Origin: an uncultured virus (IMG/VR IMGVR_UViG_3300008885_000050)
Taxonomy: Duplodnaviria > Heunggongvirae > Uroviricota > Caudoviricetes
IMG/VR virus record: IMGVR_UViG_3300008885_000050
Length of the DNA: 64,000 bases
Strand: one strand, 5' to 3'
Shown here: one piece after another, positions 46,031-55,335 of the stretch
Layout of the letters: each line of letters begins with the position of its first letter
Position numbering within the stretch: position 1 is the first letter of the stretch
Position numbers and translations under genes: made by a program
The notes under the pieces: model-generated
What the model saw: only the letters and a program-made list of their open reading frames with translations
The model's database searches: none
Told to the model about the DNA's origin: nothing

Positions 46031-46197
46031 CGTCCGACCCGGACTTCAGAATGTCGATGTTCCTGGTCAAGAACAATGTTCCGTTCGACGTCGCATTCAG
46101 TCTCGGGCCGGCGGAAAAGATTGCCTATTGCGTCGCCATGGGCGAGATCGAGGGCAATAGCTTCGACTGGGAAACGATGAGCTGGCGGAAGAAGTGA
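46024..46197 (+). CDS. Frameshift extension of the chaperone (gpT analogue; -1 frame)
   Basis: Open -1 frame GIASDPDFRMSMFLVKNNVPFDVAFSL...FDWETMSWRKK. Confidence 0.7.
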   Translation, partial: GIASDPDFRMSMFLVKNNVPFDVAFSLGPAEKIAYCVAMGEIEGNSFDWETMSWRKK

Positions 46198-46198
46198 G

Positions 46199-46684
46199 AT
46201 GAACGAATTCACGCTCGGCTCCATGGCAGCATTCCTCACCGATCTGGCCGTGGCGATGCCAATGGCCGAGGAAGCCGCCCTGAAAAAGGCGGCAGCTCTG
46301 GTCGAGGAAGAGGCCAAAGCCGAAATCGGCGACTATCAAGGTGCAGCTGGTCCGTTTGCCGCATGGCCGTCCTTGGCGGACGCAACCATCGCCCGTAAGG
46401 CGAATGGTGATACCCCTCTGCTCGAGACCGGCGAGATGCGCGACAGCATCGGCACGGTGATCTCGGGCCATGAGGCGCATGTAGGCTCGGATGACGATAA
46501 GGCCGTCTGGCAGGAACTCGGCACCTCGCGCGGCATCCCGCCAAGGTCATTCCTGGGCGGAGCCGCTGTAAGAAAATCGCCGGAGGTAAAAGACGTCATC
46601 GCGCAGACGATGCACGGGTTCCTGATAAAGAAGGAGGCACCGTCGCTCGTGAACGGGGCGCGGGAGACGATCGCGCTCGACTAG
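46199..46684 (+). CDS. HK97 gp10-like / virion morphogenesis protein
   Basis: PLLETGEMRDSI, VGS...A.WQELGTSRGIPPRSFLG. Confidence 0.85.
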   Translation: MNEFTLGSMAAFLTDLAVAMPMAEEAALKKAAALVEEEAKAEIGDYQGAAGPFAAWPSLADATIARKANGDTPLLETGEMRDSIGTVISGHEAHVGSDDDKAVWQELGTSRGIPPRSFLGGAAVRKSPEVKDVIAQTMHGFLIKKEAPSLVNGARETIALD

Positions 46685-46965
46685 CGGCCAAGCGGCCAGA
46701 TCATCATGCAGATCACCAGCGTGGCGATGAGAATGACGGCTGAAAACGCCAGCCAGAAGCTGAAGAACAGCGCCGAAAGTGCGGCTTTGTAAGGCCAAGG
46801 TTCGGGGCCGCGCATTTGGCGAATGTACCACCGGCTTATGGTCCAGCGTTTCGGCGGATCATGCTCGATTGTTCTCTGCTCAACGCGCTCCCAGCCTGAT
46901 GAAGGCCTGTTGAACGTTTCCGGCCGCCAGCGGCCCGACCGCGGATAATCCCATTCTTGCCGCAT
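46681..46965 (-). CDS. Antisense moron, membrane protein
   Basis: C-terminal hydrophobic segment; fills the gap before the tape measure gene. Confidence 0.55.
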   Translation of the reverse strand: MRQEWDYPRSGRWRPETFNRPSSGWERVEQRTIEHDPPKRWTISRWYIRQMRGPEPWPYKAALSALFFSFWLAFSAVILIATLVICMMIWPLGR

Positions 46966-47028
46966 AGGCGCCCCCGCGAAAACCTGCATGCATAGTGAAG
47001 CTTTTCTGCCCGAAAGTCGAGGTTGACC

Positions 47029-48882
47029 GTGGACGTTTGGAAAATCGGCGTTGCGATCAGCCTTACCAACGGCATGTCGCCGGTGCTGGCCGTTATCGCC
47101 AAGGACCTACTTGGCATCAAGGGCCAGGTCGGAGATGTCGAGCAGGCGTTTTCATCGTGGAAGCCAGCCTTGGCCGGTGCTGCTGCCATTCTCGCCGGCG
47201 GTTTAATGCTTGACGGCATGAGCAAACTCGCCGACCACGGCGCCGACGTCAATCATCAGCTTGAACTGATGAAGACCGCCGGCATGCAGAACTCTGAAAT
47301 CCAGAGCGCTCTCGCACAGGCGATGAAGACGTCGGGCGACGTCCAGACCACGGTCCTTTCAGAAAACCTCGCCCATATCCGAGAGCTGCGTTACGCCTTC
47401 GGCGAAACAGCGACCGCCATGAAGGATCTCGATCTCATCTCAAAGTCCAATGCCGTCCTGAATGCGGTAAAGGGCGGCGGGGTGGATCAGGTCTGGGAAT
47501 TGGTGAAGGCCCTGGAGGGTAAAGGCCTCACCTATGATCCCGGGCAATTCGCGTCATACGTCGACACGATGACGAAAGTTGTCGAAGCGACAGGCGGCAA
47601 GGTGACGCCTCAAAGCTTCATGTCGGCGTTCAAATACGGTCGTACCGCGACGCTGGGCTGGGATGAAGGCTTCGTCGGCGGCGCGCTGCCGCGCCTGATC
47701 CAGTCGATGTCGTCTGGAAGCGGAAGTGGCGGCGGTTCGGGCGGTCCGGGCAACGCCCTGATGTCTGCCTTCGCCAAGGTCGTTCAGGGGCAGATGTCCA
47801 AGACGGCGGCGGAAGAGTTCGCCAATATGGGTCTCGCGCCCGGTGGCATCAGCCATATCAAGGGCAGTGCGCAGACACAGATCACTGGCGGTATCGCCGG
47901 CCACGACCTCTTCATGGCGAACCCCTATGAGTGGACGCAGCAAGTGCTGATGCCCGCCTTGGCAAAGCACGGGATTACCAGCCAGAACGATATCATCGCT
48001 CAAATCTCGAAGATGTTTCCGGTCCGCACCGCTTCGCAGGTCATAACGGAAATGGGGCTGCAAGGTCGCTTTGCCGAAGGCGAGCGAAGCCCGTTCGAAA
48101 AGGATATCCGTCTCCAGGGCGGAGCGATGGGGCTCAACAAGTCCTATGACGAACTATCCAACAATGATTATGCGACGGTCACGAAAGAGTTCCACGCGCA
48201 GTTGAAATCCTTGCTGGAGGTGCTGGGCGGCCCGCTAATGCAGATGGCTATCCCGGCCATGAAGGCCCTGACGGACGTGGCCACAGGGATGGGCCAGTGG
48301 GCGGCTGTACATCCCGAGATGGTAAAAGCCATCGGCCAAGCGCTGGTTGGTCTCGGTATCGGCTTGGTTGCCATCGGTGGTGTCGCGATCGCTTCCGTGC
48401 TTGGATTGTCGGGAGCGCTGATCGGGCTAGGTGTAGCCGCTATCAGTTTTCTGGCCTTCAATTGGACCGCCATCACGGGTTGGGTGAAAAACGTCGTCGC
48501 CGCCATGGGGGAGCTCGCTTCGATGGCATGGCAGAAGATCGTCGACGTGCTCCAGGGCGTCTACAACGCGATCTACAATTTCATCAACAATCTCGCGACG
48601 CTCCCTGGGATCATCGGCCGCGCTCTCGGCGGCCTGCCGAGCGGCCAGTCCCCCGGCGCAGAGGTCGGCGGCATGGTCGGCCATCTCCACAAGTCGAGCT
48701 ATGTCCCGCCATCTGGCGGTTCTGCCCAGCCCGTCGTTGTCCACACCGCGTTCAACGTCGACGGTCGCACGCTGGCCAAGACGGTCGGACAGTACATGGC
48801 CAAGAATTCCTCATGGTCGAACAACTCGTCGACCTTTGACGGCTCCGCGATGCCGCCGGCGACGGACATGAGTTTTGCATGA
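47029..48882 (+). CDS. Tape measure protein
   Basis: Ala/Gly-rich helical protein with TM segment and Trp-periodic region; GAGG + GTG start. Confidence 0.85.
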   Translation: MDVWKIGVAISLTNGMSPVLAVIAKDLLGIKGQVGDVEQAFSSWKPALAGAAAILAGGLMLDGMSKLADHGADVNHQLELMKTAGMQNSEIQSALAQAMKTSGDVQTTVLSENLAHIRELRYAFGETATAMKDLDLISKSNAVLNAVKGGGVDQVWELVKALEGKGLTYDPGQFASYVDTMTKVVEATGGKVTPQSFMSAFKYGRTATLGWDEGFVGGALPRLIQSMSSGSGSGGGSGGPGNALMSAFAKVVQGQMSKTAAEEFANMGLAPGGISHIKGSAQTQITGGIAGHDLFMANPYEWTQQVLMPALAKHGITSQNDIIAQISKMFPVRTASQVITEMGLQGRFAEGERSPFEKDIRLQGGAMGLNKSYDELSNNDYATVTKEFHAQLKSLLEVLGGPLMQMAIPAMKALTDVATGMGQWAAVHPEMVKAIGQALVGLGIGLVAIGGVAIASVLGLSGALIGLGVAAISFLAFNWTAITGWVKNVVAAMGELASMAWQKIVDVLQGVYNAIYNFINNLATLPGIIGRALGGLPSGQSPGAEVGGMVGHLHKSSYVPPSGGSAQPVVVHTAFNVDGRTLAKTVGQYMAKNSSWSNNSSTFDGSAMPPATDMSFA

Positions 48883-49652
48883 GCACCCTTATCATCGGCG
48901 GTATCTCACTCTCTGAGTGGGAAATCCCCGAAAAGATCAACTTTGGCGGCAAGCAGAAGGTTGTCGTCCATAAGCTGATCGGGGGTACCCGCGTCGTCGA
49001 CGCCATGGGGCCAGATCCGACCGATGTCACATGGTCGGGACGCTTCCGGGGACCGTCCGCTGTAGACCGCGCGCAAGCGCTCGATGCGATGCGCGCCGCC
49101 GGCGCCGAAGTGCCGCTGTTCTACCTGTCGACGTTCGTTACAGTGGTGATCACCGACTTCCGGGCGGATGCGGAGCGTCCCTACGAGATCCCATACAGCA
49201 TCACCTGCACGGTGGTCAGTGACTCGATCAATGACGCCTTGGGACCGATCGTTCCGTCGCTCGACAGCATCGTTTCGACCGCGCTGAACGTTGCTGCTGC
49301 ATTCTCGGCCAGCGGTGCCGATGCATCGCAGGTCAGCACGGCGGCTGCGGTAGGGGCGGTCCAGACCGCCGTCACGGCCACAGGAACGCTGCAGGGCGCG
49401 CCACTGCCCGCGCTGGTGTCGCTCCACGGTGTCGTCAACACGCAATCGGCGGTGCTGGGTGGGATAGCCACTGGCCTGGATGTGACACTGGGTTCCACTG
49501 TCGGGGTTGGCACGCCTTCTGGCGTCAATCCCGCGGCCATGGCGAGTTGGCTCACCGGGCAGATGACGACATCGCAGGACGAGGCGATCGCGCTTTCGTC
49601 CAAGGACAACATCGACCTGATCGGCAAGAACCTGACGCTTACCGGAGCCTGA
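48879..49652 (+). CDS. Tail tube initiator / P2 gpU-like protein
   Basis: FGGKQKVVVHKLIGGTRVVDAMG...WSGRF. Confidence 0.7.
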   Translation: MSTLIIGGISLSEWEIPEKINFGGKQKVVVHKLIGGTRVVDAMGPDPTDVTWSGRFRGPSAVDRAQALDAMRAAGAEVPLFYLSTFVTVVITDFRADAERPYEIPYSITCTVVSDSINDALGPIVPSLDSIVSTALNVAAAFSASGADASQVSTAAAVGAVQTAVTATGTLQGAPLPALVSLHGVVNTQSAVLGGIATGLDVTLGSTVGVGTPSGVNPAAMASWLTGQMTTSQDEAIALSSKDNIDLIGKNLTLTGA

Positions 49653-49656
49653 GATC

Positions 49657-49875
49657 GTGGACACCTCGTCGATCCCTTCCGTCTCCCTCAATCGCGTCGT
49701 GAACGTCGCCGGTGGCAATCTCTACGCGCTTGCGGCTCAGTATCTCGGCGACGCGACGAAGTGGTACCAGATCGCGGTGGTCAATGGTCTCACCGACCCG
49801 ATGCTGACAGGCCCATTGACGCTGATCATTCCGCCGAATGGGCTGCCGTCGAATGGCGGCATCCTCGGGGGATAG
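49657..49875 (+). CDS. LysM/tail-X-like baseplate protein
   Basis: NLYALAAQYLGDATKWYQIAVVNGLTDP...LIIP. Confidence 0.8.
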   Translation: MDTSSIPSVSLNRVVNVAGGNLYALAAQYLGDATKWYQIAVVNGLTDPMLTGPLTLIIPPNGLPSNGGILGG

Positions 49876-49878
49876 GGC

Positions 49879-50913
49879 ATGGTGCTGCGAACCCCTAGGG
49901 CGTTCGTCATCGCGAACGGCGCCCCCATCACACCGATGAGCGTCGAAGTCCAGATGTCGAAGACGCACAAGTCGGACACGTTTCATTGCGAGATCCCGTT
50001 CGGCGCACTGCCGCCAGGGATGGATGAGGCATTCTGGTCGACCGCGAACGACATCAGTGTGCAGGTGCAGATCCAGACCGACGCCTTCAGCGGACCGACC
50101 CAGGTCTTCGATGGCAAAGTCGACCAGGTTCAGCATGAGTTCGATACCCGCGTCCTGAAGGTGCAAGGCCGCGACAAGACCGCGGCGCTGATCGACAAGA
50201 CCTCGACAGAGAAGTTCACCAACCAGCAGCCCGACCAGATCGTCCAGACGATCTGCGGACGGCACGGCATCACGGCGAACACCGACAGCGTCGCGAAGAA
50301 GGCGGGCAAAATCTTCCAGATCGACTATGCGAAGATGACGCAGCGCGTGTCTGAATGGACGGTGATCCAGAAGCTCGCCGACCTCTTCGGCATGACAGCC
50401 TACATGACGGGCGGTCAGGTCTATTGGAAGAACTATCCAGAGCAGCTGCCGGTCGTGAATGTCGCCTATGTGCCGCCGACCCCGTTCTCCTATGCGAACG
50501 GCAACTTCATGCGGCTTAGGACAGCGCGCAACCTGGTCCTCGGCCGGCCGGTGCACGTCAAGGTGCAGAGCTGGAACCACAAGGAAGCAAAGCTCTACCA
50601 AAACGAGCAGGTCGCGCCGGGAAGCGGTGATCCGCTCATCTACAACTATCAGTCGCCGGGCATGACGAACGACCAGGTCGAGAAGCTGGCGCAGAAGCGG
50701 CTGTCGGAAAACACCAGCCATGAGCTGTCGTTCGATCTTGAGATGCCTGGTGACCCCACGGTGACGCCGCGTTTCATGATGCAGCTGTCAGGGACCGGCA
50801 CCGCCTACGATGCGACGCACGAGATCAAGACGGTGGAGCATCAGATCAGCCAGGAGGCCGGATATCGGATGACGATCTCCGCGAAGTCGAAATCGACAAA
50901 GAGAGGGTCCTGA
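49879..50913 (+). CDS. Baseplate hub (gpD/gp44-like)
   Basis: FDGKVD, GRDKTAALID; position. Confidence 0.8.
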   Translation: MVLRTPRAFVIANGAPITPMSVEVQMSKTHKSDTFHCEIPFGALPPGMDEAFWSTANDISVQVQIQTDAFSGPTQVFDGKVDQVQHEFDTRVLKVQGRDKTAALIDKTSTEKFTNQQPDQIVQTICGRHGITANTDSVAKKAGKIFQIDYAKMTQRVSEWTVIQKLADLFGMTAYMTGGQVYWKNYPEQLPVVNVAYVPPTPFSYANGNFMRLRTARNLVLGRPVHVKVQSWNHKEAKLYQNEQVAPGSGDPLIYNYQSPGMTNDQVEKLAQKRLSENTSHELSFDLEMPGDPTVTPRFMMQLSGTGTAYDATHEIKTVEHQISQEAGYRMTISAKSKSTKRGS

Positions 50914-51443
50914 TGAGCGCAGACATCGAGGATCTCATCCGCCGGACCGTCGACCAGATGATGACGAGGCAGCCGCATCCGCGCATCGCGACGGTAACCT
51001 CCTACGATCCGAACCGGCATGCCATTAAGGCCAAGCACCAGCCGGAAGGTCACGAAACCGGGTGGATACCGATCGGCACCATGCATATCGGCAATGGCAT
51101 CGGCATGGCCATCGGGCCCAACGTTGGCGATCAGGTCATTGTCGGCTTCCTGGAGGGTGACATCGAGACTCCGTTTGTCATGGGCAGGGTGCATTCCGAT
51201 CAGGAGCGGCCGCCGGTGGCGCAATCCGGTGAGGTCGTCATCCAGACCAGCAATTCGCTCCTGAAGATCGACAAGAGCGGCAACATCACGATCACGAGCG
51301 GCGGCAACCTGGCGGTCTCTGCATCGGGTTCGATGGCCCTGACAAGCGGTGGCCCTCTGACGCACAATGGCAAGGACATCGGTTCTGACCACATGCACAC
51401 TGGCGTCCAACCGGGCGGCAGCCTCACCGGACCGCCGCAGTAA
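50913..51443 (+). CDS. Baseplate spike (gpV-like)
   Basis: ETGWIP, PNVGDQV, C-terminal HMHTGVQPGG...GPP. Confidence 0.9.
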   Translation: MSADIEDLIRRTVDQMMTRQPHPRIATVTSYDPNRHAIKAKHQPEGHETGWIPIGTMHIGNGIGMAIGPNVGDQVIVGFLEGDIETPFVMGRVHSDQERPPVAQSGEVVIQTSNSLLKIDKSGNITITSGGNLAVSASGSMALTSGGPLTHNGKDIGSDHMHTGVQPGGSLTGPPQ

Positions 51444-51446
51444 GCC

Positions 51447-51812
51447 ATGCCCGATACAAATCATCTTTGGGGCGAGGATCTCACGATCTCAGCCAGTGGC
51501 GACATCGCGATCGTCGACGGCGACGCCATGACCACTCAACGCATACTGCGGCGGCTGATGACTGCCCAAGGCGATTATATCTGGAACCTCAACTATGGCG
51601 GTGGTGTCCCCCGACGTGTCGGCAATGTCGCCGATATCCCGCTGATCAACAGCGTCATCCGCTCCCAGGTCGCGCTCGAGGCCGCCGTGGCGCGCACGCC
51701 AGCGCCGGTTATCACCGTGACGCCGATCCTGAACGGCGTCTCCGTCTACATCAAGTTCTGGAGCGCTTCGACGGGCCAGGAAAAGACGCTGTCCTTCAAC
51801 ATAAACGAGTAG
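51447..51812 (+). CDS. Baseplate wedge (gp25/W-like)
   Basis: QRILRRLMT..GDY.....YGGG. Confidence 0.75.
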   Translation: MPDTNHLWGEDLTISASGDIAIVDGDAMTTQRILRRLMTAQGDYIWNLNYGGGVPRRVGNVADIPLINSVIRSQVALEAAVARTPAPVITVTPILNGVSVYIKFWSASTGQEKTLSFNINE

Positions 51813-51822
51813 AGACAAGCCG

Positions 51823-52947
51823 TTGGCAACGCTGAACACCAAGAGCTTCGCCCAGATCGTGCGCGATCAGGCGACAGCGATCCAGGCGAAGGCGTCGGGC
51901 CTCATCAACTTCTCAATCGGCGCGGTGTTGCGGTCGGTGGCCGAGGCGAACGCCGGTGTCGTGCTGTGGCTGCAGGGAATGATCCTGCAGGTGCTGACCG
52001 TCACGCGCGCGGCAACATCGATAGGTCCGGATCTCGACAGCTTCGTCAATGACTATGGCTTGACGAGGCTCGGCGCCACCGCGGCGTCGGGAAGTGTCAC
52101 CTTTTCGCGTTTCACCCCGACCTCGTCGGCGTTCATCCCGGTCGGAAACCGGGTCCAGACCGCCGATTTCACGCAGACGTTCACGGTGTCGGTCGACACC
52201 ACCAACACGGCCTACAGCGCCGCCCTGAACGGCTACACGATCCCAGCGGCCGTATCGAGCCTGACTGTGCTGGTCACAGCGCAGAAAGCCGCAGCGGCCA
52301 GCGATGTGGCCGCAAACAGCGTTTCCGTCATCCTCGACTCCATGATCGGCGTCGACAGCGTCAACAATGCCGCCGCCTTCACCGGTGGTACCGATGGCGA
52401 GAGCGACGCATCGCTGCGCGCGCGCTTTGTCGGCTATATCAATTCGCTTTCCAAGGGCACCGAAGCCGCGATCACCTTCGCCATCCAGAGCGTCCAGCTT
52501 GGCATGCAGCTTCAGATATTCGAAAACCAGCAGCCCGGCGGCGCGTTGGACTATGGCAACGTCACGATCTATGTCGACGACGGAACGGGCGCGATCCCGA
52601 CCGCGACGCTGGCGGCGGCATCCAGCGCGGCACAGGCGGTGCGAGCGGCCGGCGTCAGGATGTCGATCCTCGCCGCCACCAAGCTTGTCGCTAACACCAC
52701 GATGACGATCGTGACGGCGCCGACCTATAGTCACAACACGGTTGTCGCAGCCGTGGTGGCCGCGATCAACGCCTACATCAACGGCTCCGGTCTTGGAAAA
52801 ACGGTGTCCTATATCGGCGTCGGTGGCACCGCGATGGCGGTTGCTGGCGTCATGGACGTGACCAACTTCACGCTCAATGGCGGCACCGCGGATATCGTCC
52901 CTGCCGCCGGGCAGACGGTCAAGGCTGGCGGCACGGTGGTCTCGTGA
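51823..52947 (+). CDS. Baseplate J-like protein
   Basis: GLTRLGA.AA.G.VTF, GGTDGESDASLRAR. Confidence 0.92.
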   Translation: MATLNTKSFAQIVRDQATAIQAKASGLINFSIGAVLRSVAEANAGVVLWLQGMILQVLTVTRAATSIGPDLDSFVNDYGLTRLGATAASGSVTFSRFTPTSSAFIPVGNRVQTADFTQTFTVSVDTTNTAYSAALNGYTIPAAVSSLTVLVTAQKAAAASDVAANSVSVILDSMIGVDSVNNAAAFTGGTDGESDASLRARFVGYINSLSKGTEAAITFAIQSVQLGMQLQIFENQQPGGALDYGNVTIYVDDGTGAIPTATLAAASSAAQAVRAAGVRMSILAATKLVANTTMTIVTAPTYSHNTVVAAVVAAINAYINGSGLGKTVSYIGVGGTAMAVAGVMDVTNFTLNGGTADIVPAAGQTVKAGGTVVS

Positions 52948-53693
52948 GCACCGGCGACCAGAATGACATTATCGCCCGCCTCAAGGCGACGATCCCGCCG
53001 ACATGGTTCCCCTCGTGGTCGCCAGTGCTCGACGGTCTGCTTTCGGGGTTCGCCAATGCGGCGAGCTGGATCTACGGCCTCGTCATCTACGCCAAGCTGC
53101 AAACCCGCATCTCGACGGCGACCGATGGCTGGCTTGACCTCATTTCATGGGATTTCTTCGCGACACTGCTACCCCGGCGCTCCGGCGAACCCGACAGCAC
53201 ATTCGCGGCACGTATCAAGAAGGAAATCCTGCGGGCACGCCAGACGCGCGCCGCCATACTGCAGATGCTGCTCGACCTCACCGGCAACACGGCAACCGTT
53301 CAGGAAGGCTGGAACCCGCAGGACTGGGGCGGCTACGGACTTCCTTACAGCGGATACGGCCAGGCGCTGGGCTACGGCTCGCTGCAGTTTCGCAATCAGG
53401 TATTCATCACGGCGGTGCGCCCGTCCGGCAACGGCATCCCGAATGTGGGCGGCTATGGCGTCGTTTCGAGCGGTTACGGCTCACCCATGGGCAACGGCGA
53501 ATACGCTGATCTCAGCCAGATCGTCGGACCTGTCACGGACGCCGAGATCTATTCGCGCATCACGCAAACTATCGCCGCCGGAACAACCGCGTGGGTCGAT
53601 ATCGTGTCTCCCGGCGCGCAAGGCACCGGCTCGCTGATCTTCATAAGCCCGCAGACGCTGGCAATGGAAGCCGCGTTCGGCTTCTTCTGGTAA
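52944..53693 (+). CDS. Baseplate protein (gpI-like)
   Basis: TATDGWLD...RRSGEPD..FAARI. Confidence 0.75.
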   Translation: MSTGDQNDIIARLKATIPPTWFPSWSPVLDGLLSGFANAASWIYGLVIYAKLQTRISTATDGWLDLISWDFFATLLPRRSGEPDSTFAARIKKEILRARQTRAAILQMLLDLTGNTATVQEGWNPQDWGGYGLPYSGYGQALGYGSLQFRNQVFITAVRPSGNGIPNVGGYGVVSSGYGSPMGNGEYADLSQIVGPVTDAEIYSRITQTIAAGTTAWVDIVSPGAQGTGSLIFISPQTLAMEAAFGFFW

Positions 53694-53709
53694 TCTCGAA
53701 AGGACTGAC

Positions 53710-55293
53710 ATGACAATTGTCGCCCAGGACGCCACCGGCGCCAAGGTCAACATGAGCTCGACCGTGGATGCCTTGGGCAATGCGGTCGGCGCGACCTGCG
53801 TCACCGATCCAATCAGCGGTGCCAAGCAGACCGTTTCCCAACTGCACAATGCTGACCAGCAGTTGGTCCCCGGCACTGCGAACTCCAGCTTTTCGTCGGG
53901 CGTCCCGCAGCTTCAGGACCCGACATCCGGGCTGGTCAACCGCCAGCGCGAAATGAACCTCGACAATGCCAGCCCGCTCGGCATCGCGGCCGGCGGCACC
54001 TATCAGGTGATGGCGTTTAAGACGACTTGCGCGCAAAACCTCGCCGCTGGCGTCTCCCAGATGACGCTCACCAACGTCGCCGGCACGATGGGCGGGGTGC
54101 CGTGGGGTATCCAGCAAGGCACGAAACTGACGATCGATGTCGGTGCCGCGCAGGAAGTCATCACGGTCGCCTCGGTCAATACGAGCACCAAGGTCGTGAC
54201 CTTCGCCACTCCCACGATCAATGCACATAACGGCTCGGTGACGCCGTTCATCCTGATCGGCATGACGTTCAACCAGGTCCGCGACGCCGCTGGCGAAAAT
54301 GACGGCGCATCCGGTGCCGGTACCGCCGTGGCGGCGGAATACGAGTTCAATGGCGGCGATCCGTCGGGCGGTAACTACGACCGTGCACGCTCGATCAATG
54401 CCAAGGGATTTGCAGCGCAGACGATTTCGTCCGGCGGCGGTGTCGGCTCGACCTCGCTGACGCTTGCTGCCAACACAAATCTGCAGCCCGGCATGAAGGT
54501 GTTGCTTTATAAGTCAACGACCTTCCCGGCATCAGGGTCTTTTGAAGTCGTCAATGTCGATCCCAGCTACGTGCCTGGATCAAACACCGTCCCGCTTGCC
54601 TCGGCCATCATCAACAGCCCGATCTATGACCGGTGCGCCTACGACCAGTTCTCGGCCGCAGGTCCCGGTCTGGCGAGCTTCCTGCCCTTCGGCATCGGCG
54701 TCGAGACGCTGGCGCTGTATGATTCCGTCGCGGGGCTGATGTACGGCCTGCGCAACGCGCCGGGGCATCAGGGAGCCGTCCTGGTCTCATCGGACGGCGC
54801 CAAGGCAACCTATCGCTACGCCGGCACGCTGACGCCCACCGCGACCCCGACCGACATCATCACCATCGCGGGCTCGGCCACGAAAACCGGCCGCATCAAG
54901 AGCATCGTGCTTGGCGGTATCGCCACGACAGCCGGCAACATGCCGGTGACGCTGATCCGGCGATCGGCGGCGAATACGGGTGGAACGAAGGCCTCTGCGA
55001 CCGGCGCGGCGCATGACGTCAATGACCCGGCGGCAACCGTCATTCCGCTGGTCTTCACCGCCAACGCTTCGGGGCTTGGGGCCGCAGTTGCCAATATGGG
55101 GCAGGGCCGTGTCTGGCTCCCGCTCAGCACCGGTACGCCAGCCCCGCTTCGCTGGGATTTCTCGACCCGGCAGGACAAGGCGCTGATCGTTCGCGGCGCG
55201 ACCGACATCATCGCCATCAACCTCAATGGCGCGGCCGTCCCCTCGGGTGGTGTCATCGATTGGGAAATCGAGATCGAGGAAGACGCAAGCTAA
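53710..55293 (+). CDS. Virion structural / receptor-binding protein
   Basis: Gly/Thr/Ala beta-rich 527 aa; AAGGA RBS. Confidence 0.6.
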   Translation: MTIVAQDATGAKVNMSSTVDALGNAVGATCVTDPISGAKQTVSQLHNADQQLVPGTANSSFSSGVPQLQDPTSGLVNRQREMNLDNASPLGIAAGGTYQVMAFKTTCAQNLAAGVSQMTLTNVAGTMGGVPWGIQQGTKLTIDVGAAQEVITVASVNTSTKVVTFATPTINAHNGSVTPFILIGMTFNQVRDAAGENDGASGAGTAVAAEYEFNGGDPSGGNYDRARSINAKGFAAQTISSGGGVGSTSLTLAANTNLQPGMKVLLYKSTTFPASGSFEVVNVDPSYVPGSNTVPLASAIINSPIYDRCAYDQFSAAGPGLASFLPFGIGVETLALYDSVAGLMYGLRNAPGHQGAVLVSSDGAKATYRYAGTLTPTATPTDIITIAGSATKTGRIKSIVLGGIATTAGNMPVTLIRRSAANTGGTKASATGAAHDVNDPAATVIPLVFTANASGLGAAVANMGQGRVWLPLSTGTPAPLRWDFSTRQDKALIVRGATDIIAINLNGAAVPSGGVIDWEIEIEEDAS

Positions 55294-55335
55294 TCCCTCC
55301 GCCTTTCGGACAGCCTCTATCAGGAGTTTCCGCCC

